Below are positions 14,553-27,749 of a stretch of 64,000 bases of DNA, one piece after another. The translations under genes were made by a program, and so were the position numbers. The notes beneath the pieces are model-generated. The model saw only the letters and a program-made list of their open reading frames with translations. It did not search any database and was not told the origin of the DNA. Each line of letters opens with the position of its first letter. Position 1 is the stretch's first letter. The stretch comes from Octopus vulgaris (lineage: Eukaryota): assembly GCA_951406725.2 (NCBI GenBank), contig OX597814.1, positions 44,206,001 to 44,270,000 of the forward strand, written 5' to 3'.

Positions 14553-15229
14553 TCTTTGTATCGAGAAATAGGATATTCTGTAGCTGATTCCCTGAGTATA
14601 GCGATGGTTAAGGATTGTTTATGAGAATAAAAATATAAAGTATGCCTCGCCTTCATCAGTAAGCACGTAGAAAAATAACGGTATTTTAAACTTCGGTAGT
14701 TTCTAAAGACAAAAATGCAGATAAAACACAATTATTAAAACACCTACGACTGCAAATGCAAATCAGTCCCATTGAGTGTAAATCTTTACATCGAAATTCT
14801 AACTTGAAAATTTGAATATTAAAAAATCAGACACGGCTTATCATAATAGAGATTGAAGTTAAATATTCATCAAATGAAGTGAAATTACTTTCTCATAAAA
14901 TATACTCAAATGCATACACATATATACTCTCATACACACGCACATACGCACACACACACACGCACACACACACACACATATATATACATGCACACACTAG
15001 CGTACACATAACAATAGTCATTAGATACGTTATCGTATATTCAGTTCATGTATTAAGCACCTTAGTCGGTTATATGTTCTGTGCGTCTAGTTATAGTTAT
15101 ATAAAGAAGTATTCTGGTTATTATATCTCAGAACTAACATAAGGGCCTGCTATATACCCACATACACATGTATATACATACAAACATATATCTAAATATA
15201 TATTTATCTATTGTATCATATATATATAT

Positions 15230-18065
15230 GTGTGTGCCTTGGGTATGTGCTGTGATTTGTTGTGATGCTCTGATGGTTATTGTATGGAAAGTGTTCTGCA
15301 TAGGATGTGTACAGTGCCTAGTAGTGCAATTTTCTGTATGTTATATGTGTTTGTAAGTCCTGGTGTTTTTGTTATGTATTTGACTGAATATTTTTTTATC
15401 ATGCCTAATGCACCTACTATGATAGGAATTGTTTCTGCTTTTAGATTCCACATTCTGGTTACCTCTATTTCCAGGTCTTTGTATTTTAAAAATTTCTCCA
15501 TTTCTTTTAGAGACACGTTGTCATCTGCCGGTATTGATACATCAATTAGAAAGCATTTTTTTTCTTCATGATCTCTGACAACTATATCTGGTCTGTTGGC
15601 CTTAATTTATCTATCTGTGTGTATCGGCATATCCCAGAGTATGGTTGCTTTCTCGTTTTCTGTGACATTTTCTGGGGTGTGCCTATACCATCTTTTTTCT
15701 GTTGTTATTCCATAATGTTGGCATAGCTTCCAGTGTATGTAGGTTCCAACTCTGTCATGTCTGTGAATATATTCCTTCTTAGCCAGGACTGGGCAGCCAG
15801 AGATGATATGATTTATTGTTTCTTATCCATCTCCACATATTCTGCAGTTACTTGTTATATTTCTTTTCATTACATGCTTTTGGTAATTTCTGGTGGGGAG
15901 GCTTTGGTCTTGTGCTGCAATTAAAATTCCCTCTGTCTCTACTTTGAGTCCTGAGCTTCTCAACCATTGTTGGGAATTTTCTTTGTCTATTTCTTTTGCA
16001 TTTAGTTTAGTCCAGTATTTAACATGAAGGGGCTTTTCTTGCGATCGTTTTATCATGGTTCTTTCCTGTTCTAGTTTTAGTTTGGATTTCATTTGTTTTA
16101 TAGCTTTTGTTGTTTCATCTTCTTCTTCTTCTTCTTCTTCTTCTTCTTCTTTTTCTTCTTCTTCTTCTTCTTCTTCTTCTTCTTCTTCTTCTTCTTCTTC
16201 TTCTTCTTCTTCTTCTTCTTCTTCATATTTATTAGGTGGTATGATTTCTTGTTTGTATTTGTCAGCTTCCTTAAATACTGAAAACAGTTTTTTGCTTTGT
16301 TCGTGTTTTGCAGCTATTTGTATCAGTTTTCCTTCCTTCTGAAGTAGATATTTTTGCAGTCATATGGTGGTTATTTTATAGTAGTTTTCCAGCTGTATAA
16401 GGCCTCTACCACCTTCTATACGTTGTATATATAGTCTTTCTATGTCAGATTTTGGGTGATGCATCCTAGATCCTGTCATTATTTTTCTTGTTTTCCTAAC
16501 TATTTTGGTCAGTTCATTTCGTGTCCAGTTAAGGATATTGTAACTGTAACTTATAACTGGGACAGCTAAAGTGTTAATACCTATTATCTTGTCTTTAGCA
16601 TTGAGCTCTGTTTTTAGTATTGATCTAAATCGTCTTTAATATTCTTTTTTATTTTCTCTTTCATTTGTGTGTGTTGTGTCTTATCTAGTTCATGGATTCC
16701 TAAGTATTTGTAAGTTTGGCTTTGGTCTAATTCTTTTATTCCATTGGTTTTTATGTAGTGTGATGTTGCTACTCTTAACTAGTTTTCCTCTTTTCAGGGT
16801 TACTTTGGCGCATTTTTCTAATCCAAATTTCATATTTGTTTCTTTGATAAATCCATGAACTGTCTTTAATAGTGTTTCCAGCTGTTTGTCATTCGCAGCG
16901 TATAGATTTAGGTCATCCATATATAAAAGGTGGCTGATCGTGTTGCCGTAACATTTATATCCGCATCCAGTTCTATTTAGCATATCAGATATAGGTGACA
17001 GTGCCAAGCAGAAAAGGAGTGGAGAGAACGTGTCTCCCTGGAATATTCCTCTTCTAATGGGGATGGCTTTGGTCTTTATGAGTCCCTCTTTAGTTTGGAG
17101 CTGTAGCACTGTTTGTCATTTATTCATAGAGTATCCTATGAATTTTATAATTGTTGGTGCTACTTTGTTAATGGCTAGTGTTTCGAGGATCCATGTGTGG
17201 GGGATGCTATCAAACGCCTTTTTGTAGTCGATCCAGGCCATACTGAGGCCTTTCTTCTTTCTGTGGCTGTCTTCAGTTATGGCTTTATTAATCATTAGTT
17301 GATCTTTACAGCTATATGAGCCTTTGCGGCATCCTTTCTGCTCTTCTGGAAACAGGTAGTTTTCGCCCAGGTGCTTGTTCAACCTTTGCGATATCACTGG
17401 AGTAAATGCCTTGTACATTGTAGGGAGGCAGGTTATTGGTTTGTAGTTTTCTGGTTTTGCTGTCTCATTTGATTTGGGAATTAAGATGGTTTTCCCCTTT
17501 GTGAGCCATTCAGGCATTGTCTCTGGCTCTGCTAGAATGTTGTTGAAGTTTTCAGCCAGCTTTTTGTGCATTCCTGTTAGATATTTCAACCAGAAGTTGG
17601 GGATCTTGTCATGCCCAGGTGCCTTCCAGTTGCTTAGTCCTTGCAGTGCCTGGGTGACCTCTCCAGTTGTTATGGGGGTCCAGAGTTGCTCAGATGCTGA
17701 GTTTGTTGTTTTAATACTCCTTTTTTTTTTGGTTGTTCGTTCGCCGACCATATTTCACTGCAGAATTCTTCCACTTCTTCTGCCGTTGGTGCTGCAGTGA
17801 TTTCTATTTTCTTTTTGCCAAGTTCTTGGTAGAACTTTTGGGGGTTGGAGTTGAACTGTTTCTTTTGTTCAAAGAAGCGCTGGCGTTTCTCGTACCGGCG
17901 GATCCTTTGTGCTTTGGCAAGGATATCTTGCTTTAGCTTTTCTTTTATCTCAGGTAAATCTTTTTCTGTGATGTTGTATTTTCGGAGTATTTTTGTTTTC
18001 TTTTCGTTGCTCAGTAGCGTAGATTTCTCTTTTCTCTTTCTCTTTTCTCTTTCTCTTTTGATTGT
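15230..18065 (-). mobile_element. R4/Dong-like non-LTR retrotransposon (RT + CCHC + RLE), 5'-truncated and disrupted
   Basis: NWKAPGHDKIPNFWLK, NYKPITCLPTMYK, EEQKGCRK, WIDYKKAFDSIPH, RGIFQGDTFSPLLF, HLLYMDD, CRICG, NRPDIVV, IDVSIP. Several stops and frameshifts. The 5' end abuts (TAT)n. Confidence 0.95.
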
Positions 18066-18066
18066 C

Positions 18067-18132
<66 letters not shown>

Positions 18133-18146
18133 CACTACTATTATTA
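18067..18146. repeat. (TAT)n microsatellite
   Basis: Seen directly. Confidence 0.97.
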
Positions 18147-18183
18147 CATCAGGCGGCGAGCTAGAAGAATCGTTTGCACGCCG

Positions 18184-18487
18184 TTAACCACTAAGCCATA
18201 TGCCCGTGGGCATACGGCGTAGTGATTAAGACCCCAAGATTACGAGTTCGATTCCAGGCATTGACTGAATAATAGTCGCAATCGTGGCAATCCGTCGGTT
18301 ACGACGATGAGGGTTCCATAACATTGAAAAATACCTTAGAAATGAGAACCCAGTTTCTCATGAAGGCTGGGGTGTATATGAGCCGAAACGTTGTGTTAAC
18401 AACACACAATATTAGGATAAATATCGGTCAAATGTAAATAATCTAAATAACGTACATAATTCCTTATGTCTTCAATATAAAACTGTA
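18184..18487 (+). mobile_element. tRNA-headed short element with degenerate hammerhead motif (Penelope-like terminal repeat / retrozyme-like)
   Basis: Head-to-head A-box palindrome at 18184-18229, B box GAGTTCGATTCC at 18244-55, and CTCATGA-AGGCT...AGCC-GAAA-CGTT at 18357-18392. Confidence 0.55.
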
Positions 18488-18869
18488 ATAGCTAAGGTGT
18501 GTTTATCCTTAGAGAATAAGAATAAGGGTAAGAGTAAGAGCAAACTCAGGAGTATAAGTGGAGTAAAGCATTGTACAATGATGTGGGCATAACAAGGGGA
18601 AATAAGGTACAGACTTCCCCTAATATATTATATAATCCATGAGTTTCCATAGAAATTTAGTGGTGGATTTGTTGCTATGGACCGGCACGAACACTAACAT
18701 CGCTATTGGGCCCCACTGATGTATCAAATTTCCTAAGATGGGTTCATCATAAGTTGATTATTCCATACCCGCTGGAACGCTACACCTACAAACTGGCATT
18801 TTACATATAAACTTTCAGCCCTCGACTGATGTCTGTCGATTTTATATCATCTCCGTTTTATTATTTGCC

Positions 18870-18934
<65 letters not shown>

Positions 18935-19426
18935 TGCATACATATATACATGCGCACACACACTCACACAGACACAGACACACACATAAGTAAAAGGAAG
19001 ATACACACGAGTAGGCTTGATTATATTTACATGTAGTACGAATAATCAAGAGTTTATGTAATAATATTATCTTGAGAAACGTTTCGAGTGAACCATGTCT
19101 TAGGACACACACACACTTACATATATAAGTGTGTGGGAGTTACGTGCGCGCGCACGTGTTTTTTCAGCTATCTGCTACATGCTTCCCATATTAGAATGCA
19201 GGTATGGAGGGACATCGTCTTGAAGTGTCTAGTCGAACCAATCAACCCAAGTGCTTTATTTCAAAGTCTTGTATTCATACTGTCAGACGCTTTTCGATGA
19301 GTAGCTAAGTTACGGAACGTAAAGAAAACGACACTAATCGTCATGCAGTATGGGGCAAACACAAAGGTACAAACACACACATAGATAAGCACACACAAAC
19401 ACACTCATATATATATATATATATAC

Positions 19427-19715
19427 CACCGTGATTACCGTGATCGACCAGGCTATCAGATGTTGCGACACATCGCTGGTCATAATGCGCTTCGCATTGT
19501 TTCAACCTTCAAATGATGCCCCCCCCCCGCTGGCTAAGCGAGCAGGCCAACGGAACAAAGAGTACAGCAGGGATCGCCACCCCACCCCCTGCCGGAGCGT
19601 CGTGGAGCTTTAGGTGTTTTCGCTCAATAAACACTCACAACGGCCGGTCTGGGAATCGAAACCGCGATCCTACGACCGCGAGTCCGCTGCCCTAACCAGT
19701 GGGCCATTGCACCTC
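19427..19715 (-). mobile_element. tRNA-derived SINE (family C)
   Basis: Minus-strand head GAGGTGCAATGGCCCACTGGTTAGGGCAGCGGACTCGCGGTCGTAGGATCGCGGTTTCGATTCCC has A- and B-box-like motifs and continues into non-tRNA sequence. Confidence 0.75.
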
Positions 19716-19889
19716 AGAACTCTGGCCGAAATAAGATTAAGATTAATGTTAAAAATAAATAACACTGAAGCAAAGTAACACCAAATATATAGTGTGTTTT
19801 TATTGGCTAAACTGGCAAAATGACCATTCTGAAATATAAGAATATATATATATATATATATATATATTGAAATTGAAAGAATGCTGTTG

Positions 19890-19947
<58 letters not shown>

Positions 19948-20305
19948 AACACACATATACATATATATATATATATATATATAAATACGACAGTATTCTT
20001 TCAATTTCCGTGTTGCAAATCCAGTCACAAGTTGGATGCGGCTTATAGTCCTGTGTTTATAACTGAGCAAAGCAGAGCAATCTTTTTAGGAAAATCATGC
20101 AACTCTGCAAGTATGTTTTAAATGCTACTTTCTTCTGGTCTTTTGTATTACCTACCTGTACGTGTGTGTGTTATATATGTGTCTATATATGAATACACAC
20201 ACACACACACAAACACATACACACACAGACACACACAGACACATATATATATAGGTGGATATGTGTGTGTCTATATATATACACACACACACACACACAC
20301 ATACG

Positions 20306-20350
<45 letters not shown>

Positions 20351-20465
20351 TACATACATATATATATATCATCATCATCATTGTTCGACCGTGTGGGAAG
20401 TGTCGGTAGTAAATAGAAATAGAAATTCACAATGTCACACACACACACGCATATATATATATATG

Positions 20466-20497
<32 letters not shown>

Positions 20498-20498
<1 letters not shown>

Positions 20499-20885
20499 CG
20501 GAAGCGTGGATGTAAGAAGCTTGCTTCCCAACAACATCGTTCCGGGTGCAATCCTACTGCGTGGCACATTGGGCAGGTGTCTTCTACTAGAGCCTCAGAA
20601 CGTCGAAAGCCTTGTGAGTGGTTTTGTTACACGGAAACTGAAACAAGCCCATTGTATATGGTATGTGTGTTTGTGTGTGTATTTATATGCGTGTATTTTC
20701 CCCCTGTCATCGCTTGACAATCGATGCTGGTGCCCCCATAACCTAGCGGTTCGACAAAAGAGTCCGATAGAATAAGTACTACGCTTACAAAAAATAAATC
20801 CTACGGTCGATGTCTTCGACTACAAGCCTTAAGGCGGTTACCAGCATGGCCGCAGTCAAATTACTGAAATAAATAAAAGAATAAA
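20498..20885 (+). mobile_element. tRNA-derived SINE (family B), diverged
   Basis: Similar to the reverse complement of 35510-35930 (CTGCGTGGCAC.TTGGGCA.GTGTCTTCTACTA...CCAGCATGGCCGCAGTC). Confidence 0.8.
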
Positions 20886-20977
20886 AGAATATTTTTTCTC
20901 TAGTTTTCCCAGCATTGTCGTATTTGTCGCAGTTAGACGTTCGTAGAAATGAGTGAAGAATATAGAAATTTATGAAG

Positions 20978-21022
<45 letters not shown>

Positions 21023-21687
21023 TCATTTATGTGTGTATATATATAAACATGGGAAAGTTTGAGACTTATAATGATATTAAAGTTTATATGGACACTGTGG
21101 CGGGAAAAAGGGATATAATGTAATAGGAAAGATAGGAACAACTCAAATGTGTTCAGTTTCCATTATTTGTAGACATATGCATGTATATATGTGCATTTAC
21201 TTCACACACACACACACATACACACACACATATATATATATTATATATTATATACACATATACACTTACCAATATGTACCGATATATATTGTGTGGATGT
21301 GAATTCGCACGTGTGTACGCGCATGAACAACAGCTAAAAGCCAAACGCTGTAGATAGATCTGAATGCATAACTACAGCGCGATGATTTTAATGGAGAGAA
21401 CCTGAGTAAACACAACTTGTAATGACATCATAGTGACATCATAGTTATATCTTCCACTAACCAGCTAGACAGACACCGACCAGAGACAGTAGGTGATCAC
21501 TAAATAGATGCTGCTGAAGAATCAATTGCTATACGATGATTAGTGAAAAGCTACACACTGTTTTCATCTAATCAGCTATGTCCTGCATAAGAGTAATAGT
21601 GTTTGGAGTTTTTTTTCTATCTTTTTAATTTTATATTCCTTGCATGCATATACATAGAAATATATGAATATAGATAGAACGATTTAG

Positions 21688-22036
<349 letters not shown>

Positions 22037-22432
22037 GACGTACATAAATAAAGATACATACGTACATACGTGCTGTGAAATTCAGTAGGGTGTTTTGAAT
22101 AAACAAATTATTGAAGGAGAATATATTGTCTAACGCATAACATAGTCAGACACAATTACGAGTCCAGTGTTTACAGAATATGTTTATTTTCGAATGACCT
22201 GATTCTTGTATGCTGCTTTTACGACTTACGTGACAGACTCTAGAAAAAAGCTTTCAATTTCTGTGCGATATTTGAATTGTAAAGAGACGAATCACTCTTA
22301 GGCGTTCAAGCCCACGCGCATCATATTCTGTCTATTTGACATTTTGTGCAGTAAAAATGAATTATTTTCACTTGCATGCTACCATCAGTTAAAATCTAAA
22401 ATTCTAATTATGTATATTTTGGTGATCTAAAT

Positions 22433-22695
22433 TAGTGTTTCTCAACCATTTTTTGGTTATGGATCCCTTTGATTCCACTTTTAATCGGAGATCCTTGGTA
22501 GTCATACCATGTTTTAAAAAATCATATTATATTTATATAATTAAATATCATTAGACATTGTATAAAAAAAGTCTTAAAATAAGTTGTGTCTCATAAATTG
22601 TGTCTCATAAAATAAGTTGTGTCTCATAAATTCCAATTTATTGCACATAATTTTTAACGATAAAATCTTATATGGAATCCGGTTGAAAACCTCTG
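22433..22695 (+). mobile_element. hAT MITE, second copy of the 13834 family
   Basis: TAGTGTTTCTCAACCATTTTTT ... AAAATCTTATATGGA ... GGTTGAAAACCTCTG, with internal similarity to 13834-14076. Confidence 0.75.
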
Positions 22696-23049
22696 GCCTA
22701 GGTAATATACTGGATTATGTTATTGTAAGCGGCATTGGTAGAATATATATAAGCAATATTTAGTTCGGTGTACTCTTTAGTACGTGCAATTCATAAAGTT
22801 GTGTTGTGGGTTAGTCGAGATAAAATTCAATTGTGTACATAAAGTTTGTTAAGAGTCGAAATGACATGAAGTTCTTACAAGAGCTCAAGACAATACGACT
22901 GTTCCGTATGACTAATTACACTTGATGTACCTCAGAAAGCCAACACATCTTGTTTTCTCCATGTAGAGATATGCGCAGAGTAAACAAAGGCAAACAAATC
23001 ATAAGCGATTGGTGCATGTCTTACGTGTGAAATTAATATATCTGAAAAA

Positions 23050-23500
23050 CAAAGTCGTAGACAAATGCTTATGGGGAAAAACAAAAAAAGGCCAATGAGT
23101 TAATAAGGCGCAAGGAATGAAAAGTCTAATATTTCTGACAGTTTTCCTTCGGAGAGGGATGATATAGAGACTAATAACATGCTTATAAGAAGACGAATGA
23201 AAATTGAAAGAGGTGAAAGGTTGACACACCTATGGCGAGAGTAGGAACGGGTATTGTCATTAGTGTAAGGGGTAAGTGATGTAGAAGGAAATAAATGAGA
23301 CAGAGGGCAGTACAGTTTGTAGAAATATTTAGGTGAGTTCAGATGGGTGATGAACACCAGTTCTAATGAAATAAATGAAGATTGCGACAGCAGTGTCAGT
23401 AGGACAATATATAAAAGATCATGTTTAGAATAAATTAGATGTAATCACATCAGAGGTGGAAGGAAAGAATGTGTGAGAATAGTAATCAAGTGAAATGCTA
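23050..23500 (+). mobile_element. Possible old RTE-like RT remnant
   Basis: Faint traces of the KGKGD..N, W.ERV and QYG-type RT motifs. Confidence 0.3.
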
Positions 23501-23715
23501 GAAATAGGCCTGGTTATATCTGCATACATACATATGTGAGTGTATGCATGTATGTGTTTGAGTGTGTATGTGTGCGTGCGCACGCGTTTGTATGTATGTA
23601 TATAAATTGCAAGCAAATACAATAGGGGGTCAAATTATTTCACAATCTCTATAACTGCATTTATATTATATATAGAATATACAAAAATATGTAGTGTCTG
23701 CTAAATATAACATGA

Positions 23716-23886
23716 CCATCACAGCGAAGCGCTGGTGTAATTAAATAATGCAGCGCCACATATTATTTTTCACTTCTAACACAATCTATATAAATACAAC
23801 CTCTGGGGCGCCCACTGGCGTTGCTCCAGCATGGCCATAGCCTTAGCGTAAAATCGTATAAAATAATAAAAACTAACGGATTGGTT
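23716..23886 (+). repeat. Copy 2 of the ~175-bp dispersed repeat
   Basis: See 11520-11693. Confidence 0.85.
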
Positions 23887-24049
23887 AATGGATGACGACG
23901 TTGTGAATGAATGGCACAAAATCGGGTGAGATTTGATGCGAAACTCTCGTAAGAATGAATGTTCTACAGAATATCACAGAGTGAATGATTATCGGAGACA
24001 TAGTCAAATGATTTCAAATATTGAGCTGCAAGTTTTAGGAATCCATGGG

Positions 24050-24950
24050 CTTTAAGAAGATTCAGTAAGCGTTTCTGAGTCATGGCGTCCATATGACAAG
24101 CATTTTGTCAAATTATATTGCATAACTGAGCCTGCTAGATTTACAGTGCATTTTACATAAGATGTTATGCAATGAAAATTGCAAATTCCGTTGATTGAAA
24201 GGCCTAATAATAAAGATATATTCGAAATGATAGAACCGCTAAAACGATTAACTTCCATGTTAATTTTTCTTCTGAAGGTCAAATCACTTATTGTTGCTAT
24301 ATATAATTTATTGTATAGCATTTACCGACGCACTCCACACTCTGTTCCCTTTGGATTCCAGATCTTACTTGAAATTTCGAAACCAAATGATAGCTTAAGT
24401 TTTTAACACATCTAAACTATTCTCGATTTTTTATATTCCAAATATTCTGTTTGGCGACAAGAGAAGAATCTACATTTTAACGATAAGGAATTTTTCTGCA
24501 AAATATGGGTGGTTTATCCTGTTCATGCTATATTATTAGCATCATCCTGCGTTTGAGAATGAAATTATTTCCTTATCTTTCAATACATCTCAACGCTGCT
24601 AAAGCAGCCTTTGTTTGTGTTTACTTTCATCGTAATTTGAATTTAGTATATTTTAAAGACTACAAGAATGGAATGTTGTGATATCTACGTATTTCTTTGG
24701 GACGTAAGAGGCCTTGACGTAGCAGACAAAGTTGATTGATTGAATCGAAGTCAAAATACGATTTATGCAAAACATTTGGAGTCAGAACTATGGGGGGATA
24801 AGAGTAAGGTAGGAAAATCTGAAACCAGAAGTGCTGTAAGAAAACATATAACGTGTGCTGGAGTTTCAGTCTAAAAACCAATAGTTCATAAATTTCGATA
24901 CAGAAAACGTAAACGTTACAGACACACTGCATCCGCTAATAGTTTGCAAT
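24050..24950 (+). mobile_element. Possible ancient hAT (Buster/Charlie-like) transposase remnant
   Basis: QIPLIERPNNKDIFEMI resembles the PL..RTTG.DIF motif. Later traces resemble HC..H and VRWL in the expected order. Heavily decayed. Confidence 0.35.
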
Positions 24951-25178
24951 TATTTGAACGAATAATTCTCACTAGGTTAAAGCAAGTCTATAAATTATAA
25001 TACAAACGCAATGTTTAGCCATTATTTGAAATGTTCTTAAGAAACAAAATAAAATTAAACTAATAGCCTATTATTATTCTCATAATAGCTATTTTGAAAT
25101 AGAGATCAATAAGAGATTTGCCCGAAATTCATACACAAAATTTGAAATAAAAAATAATGGCGTGCTGGTATTTTGAAA

Positions 25179-25221
<43 letters not shown>

Positions 25222-25366
25222 CAATAAATATAAACTAGGTCAAATGACATGTCTAAAAATATTACTTTGAATTCAGTAGTTTTGTAGTTGTTATTATTAT
25301 CATCGTTATTATTGTTATTATCATTACTTTCATTGTTGTTGTTATTGTTGTAGTTGTCCTCGGCGC

Positions 25367-25433
<67 letters not shown>

Positions 25434-25744
25434 ATTATCATCATCATCATCATCGTCATCATCATCCTCATCATCATCATCATCATCATTATTATTTTTT
25501 TATGGCGGCAAGTTGGCAGAATTTTATGCGCGTCTGACAAAATTCTAAACGGTATTTTCCGCTTCTTTACGTACGGAGTTCAAGTTTGTCGACATTAGCT
25601 TTGCCTTCCATCCTTTCCGGTCAATAAAGTACAAATCTAGAACTAGGCTCTACATAGTCAACTTTCTGCTGCCCTTTAAAATTGCTGGGCATGTGCCAAG
25701 ATCAAAAAGAAATAATTTTATTATTCATGCAATTATAACTATTA

Positions 25745-26950
25745 AGGGTGCGAGCTAGAGGAATAGCAGGCGCGTCAGACAAAATGTTTACCAGCATTTT
25801 ATCAGGCTCTTTACCTTCTGAGTTTAACTGCTGCCAAGGTAAACTATGCTTTCATCCTTCTGGAGTTGATAAATGGATCTTTGTGTTTATCGTCACTGCG
25901 TGTCAAAATCTTTTAAAACGTATTTTAATGTATCATATAGATGTAAGTTTTGACGCTGAATCCGAATTTGTTATTCATTTATTCCATTTTGTGAAAATGT
26001 TACAGATGTTCAAATTTTGATCATTTTCAGCCAATCAGAAAACAACGTGTTCGCTGCCTTTTCCATCAGCTGTCACAGTAGCGAGAAATAGGTGGGGGGT
26101 ATTCACATTTTATAAAAATAAATTAGCTACAGTAAACAGTGAAAAATGTTAAAAGATTCGCGAGGAAATTAGATATTTAAAAGCTACGAGCAAACCAAAA
26201 GGAGTTGCTAGAAATAACAGTAAAACCTTAAAATATAAACAAGAAAAGAAAACAGCGAAAACAGTGAAAAACATTAAAACATTCGCGAGCAAATTAAATA
26301 TTTAAAAGATACGAGCAAACCATCAAGATTTGCTAGAAATAAGAGTCAAAAATTGCTTAAAACAGACATGTGTTAGTTAAAAACTCAAGAACGAAAGTTT
26401 GCAATACGCTATATGATTTTATAAAATATATTATCACCACATAAATTCACTAAGATAAGATCAAGCTTGGAACGTTATATCCCAGACCGGCGTTTGTTTC
26501 CACGCTTTAAAGATACCCAGGTACTCTCAATTTGGTGGTTACACACGTTGTGTGCATGCGCAGCATCTTTGGTTACTATGGAAACAGAGTTCACCGCAAT
26601 CGACTATGGGACACATGGTGCTTCTTTGATTAATATGTTAGCAAAACTTCACGGTGGTGTGTAAAATACTCGCTTCTTATTGGTTACTATAACCAAATTT
26701 TGAAAAATTTAAAGGACAGTAACTTTTTAACTATGAATTTATAGAGAAGATGAATATAATTTTCATAATTAGTATACAAAACTTAATCTATATACGAAAT
26801 TTGAAAACATTTGGAACAAAATTATAGACAGTGACGATAACCCAAAAGATACTGATAAATAAAATTACTGGTCATGTACTGGGGTCAATAGACTCGAAAA
26901 AACAAGACCATCCCTCTAAAACTGCTGGCCTTGCGTTAAAATTTGAAACA
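25745..26950 (+). mobile_element. Family A SINE split by the TIR element
   Basis: The 5' half ends ...TTTCATCCTTCTGGAGTTGATAAAT and the 3' half resumes AAAATTACTGGTCATGTACTGGGGTC. Confidence 0.75.
25875..26852. mobile_element. Non-autonomous TIR DNA transposon (Merlin-like) nested in a SINE
   Basis: 24-bp imperfect TIRs GGATCTTTGTGTTTATCGTCACTG and CAGTGACGATAACCCAAAAGATAC. Perfect 8-bp TSD TGATAAAT (25867-74, 26853-60). Internal ~88-bp direct repeat. Confidence 0.85.
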
Positions 26951-26961
26951 ATTATTATTAT

Positions 26962-27044
<83 letters not shown>

Positions 27045-27045
27045 A

Positions 27046-27177
27046 AGCGGCGAGATAGCAGAATCATTAGTACGCCGGGCAAAATGCTATGTGATATTTC
27101 GTCCCTCCTTACGTTCTCAGTTCAAATTCCACCGAGGCCCTCTTTCCCTTTCATCCTTCCAGTGTCGATAAAATAAG
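27046..27177 (+). mobile_element. Family A SINE, 5' part, directly after (TAG)n
   Basis: GCGGCGAGATAGCAGAATCATTAG.ACGCCGGGC...GTTCAAATTCC. Confidence 0.8.
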
Positions 27178-27329
27178 CACCTCGTTTCCGTATTTTGTTT
27201 TCGAAAATCATCAGTTTTCTCCGGAAAATAAGGGTTCCTTCTTCTACTGGTGCATTCCCTTTTTGTTAAAAGTTCCCTTATTTCTTGGGGGAACTTATCA
27301 AATTTATTCCATCTTTTACACAACGCAGA

Positions 27330-27640
27330 AACATTTAGAATTTTGCTCAATGGCAGCAGCAAAAGGTTTCGAGAGAGTTTCAGCCGTTGATGAGAGACGA
27401 GGAGAGTCAGAGAAGTATCATGTCAGAAAAATGAGAGAGGGCTTTCGGACCGGGGTCTATGGATAATTTTCAGAAATCCCTGACACAATGCGAATACAAG
27501 AGACGACATGACAATGTAGCAAGCCTCATCCGTTGGGAGTTCTGTAGAAATCACGGCCTACAAAGAAGAAAGGCGTGGTATGACCAAACTGCAGAAGGAT
27601 TTACTGAGAATGAAAATTGCACCATTTGTTCTAGGCAGAG
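27330..27640 (+). mobile_element. R4/Dong-like LINE fragment
   Basis: YKRRHDNVASLIRWEFC..HGL...WYDQ in ORF 27459..27674. Confidence 0.7.
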
Positions 27641-27749
27641 ATATTTAAGAACTTTGTCCCTCCACCAATTGTAATACTTAGGCGTTTTACCCTCGAACAC
27701 AACGAACATCTGGATTCGATCTGGTGTCTCGATCTGTGCGAGATTGGGT

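Noticed and set aside
19640-19715. tRNA gene (also the other A/B-box heads)
   Set aside because: No complete cloverleaf or acceptor stem; each head continues into a SINE body.
21423-21445. Tandem TGACATCA (CRE-like) sites as a promoter
   Set aside because: A simple 11-bp duplication with no adjacent gene evidence.
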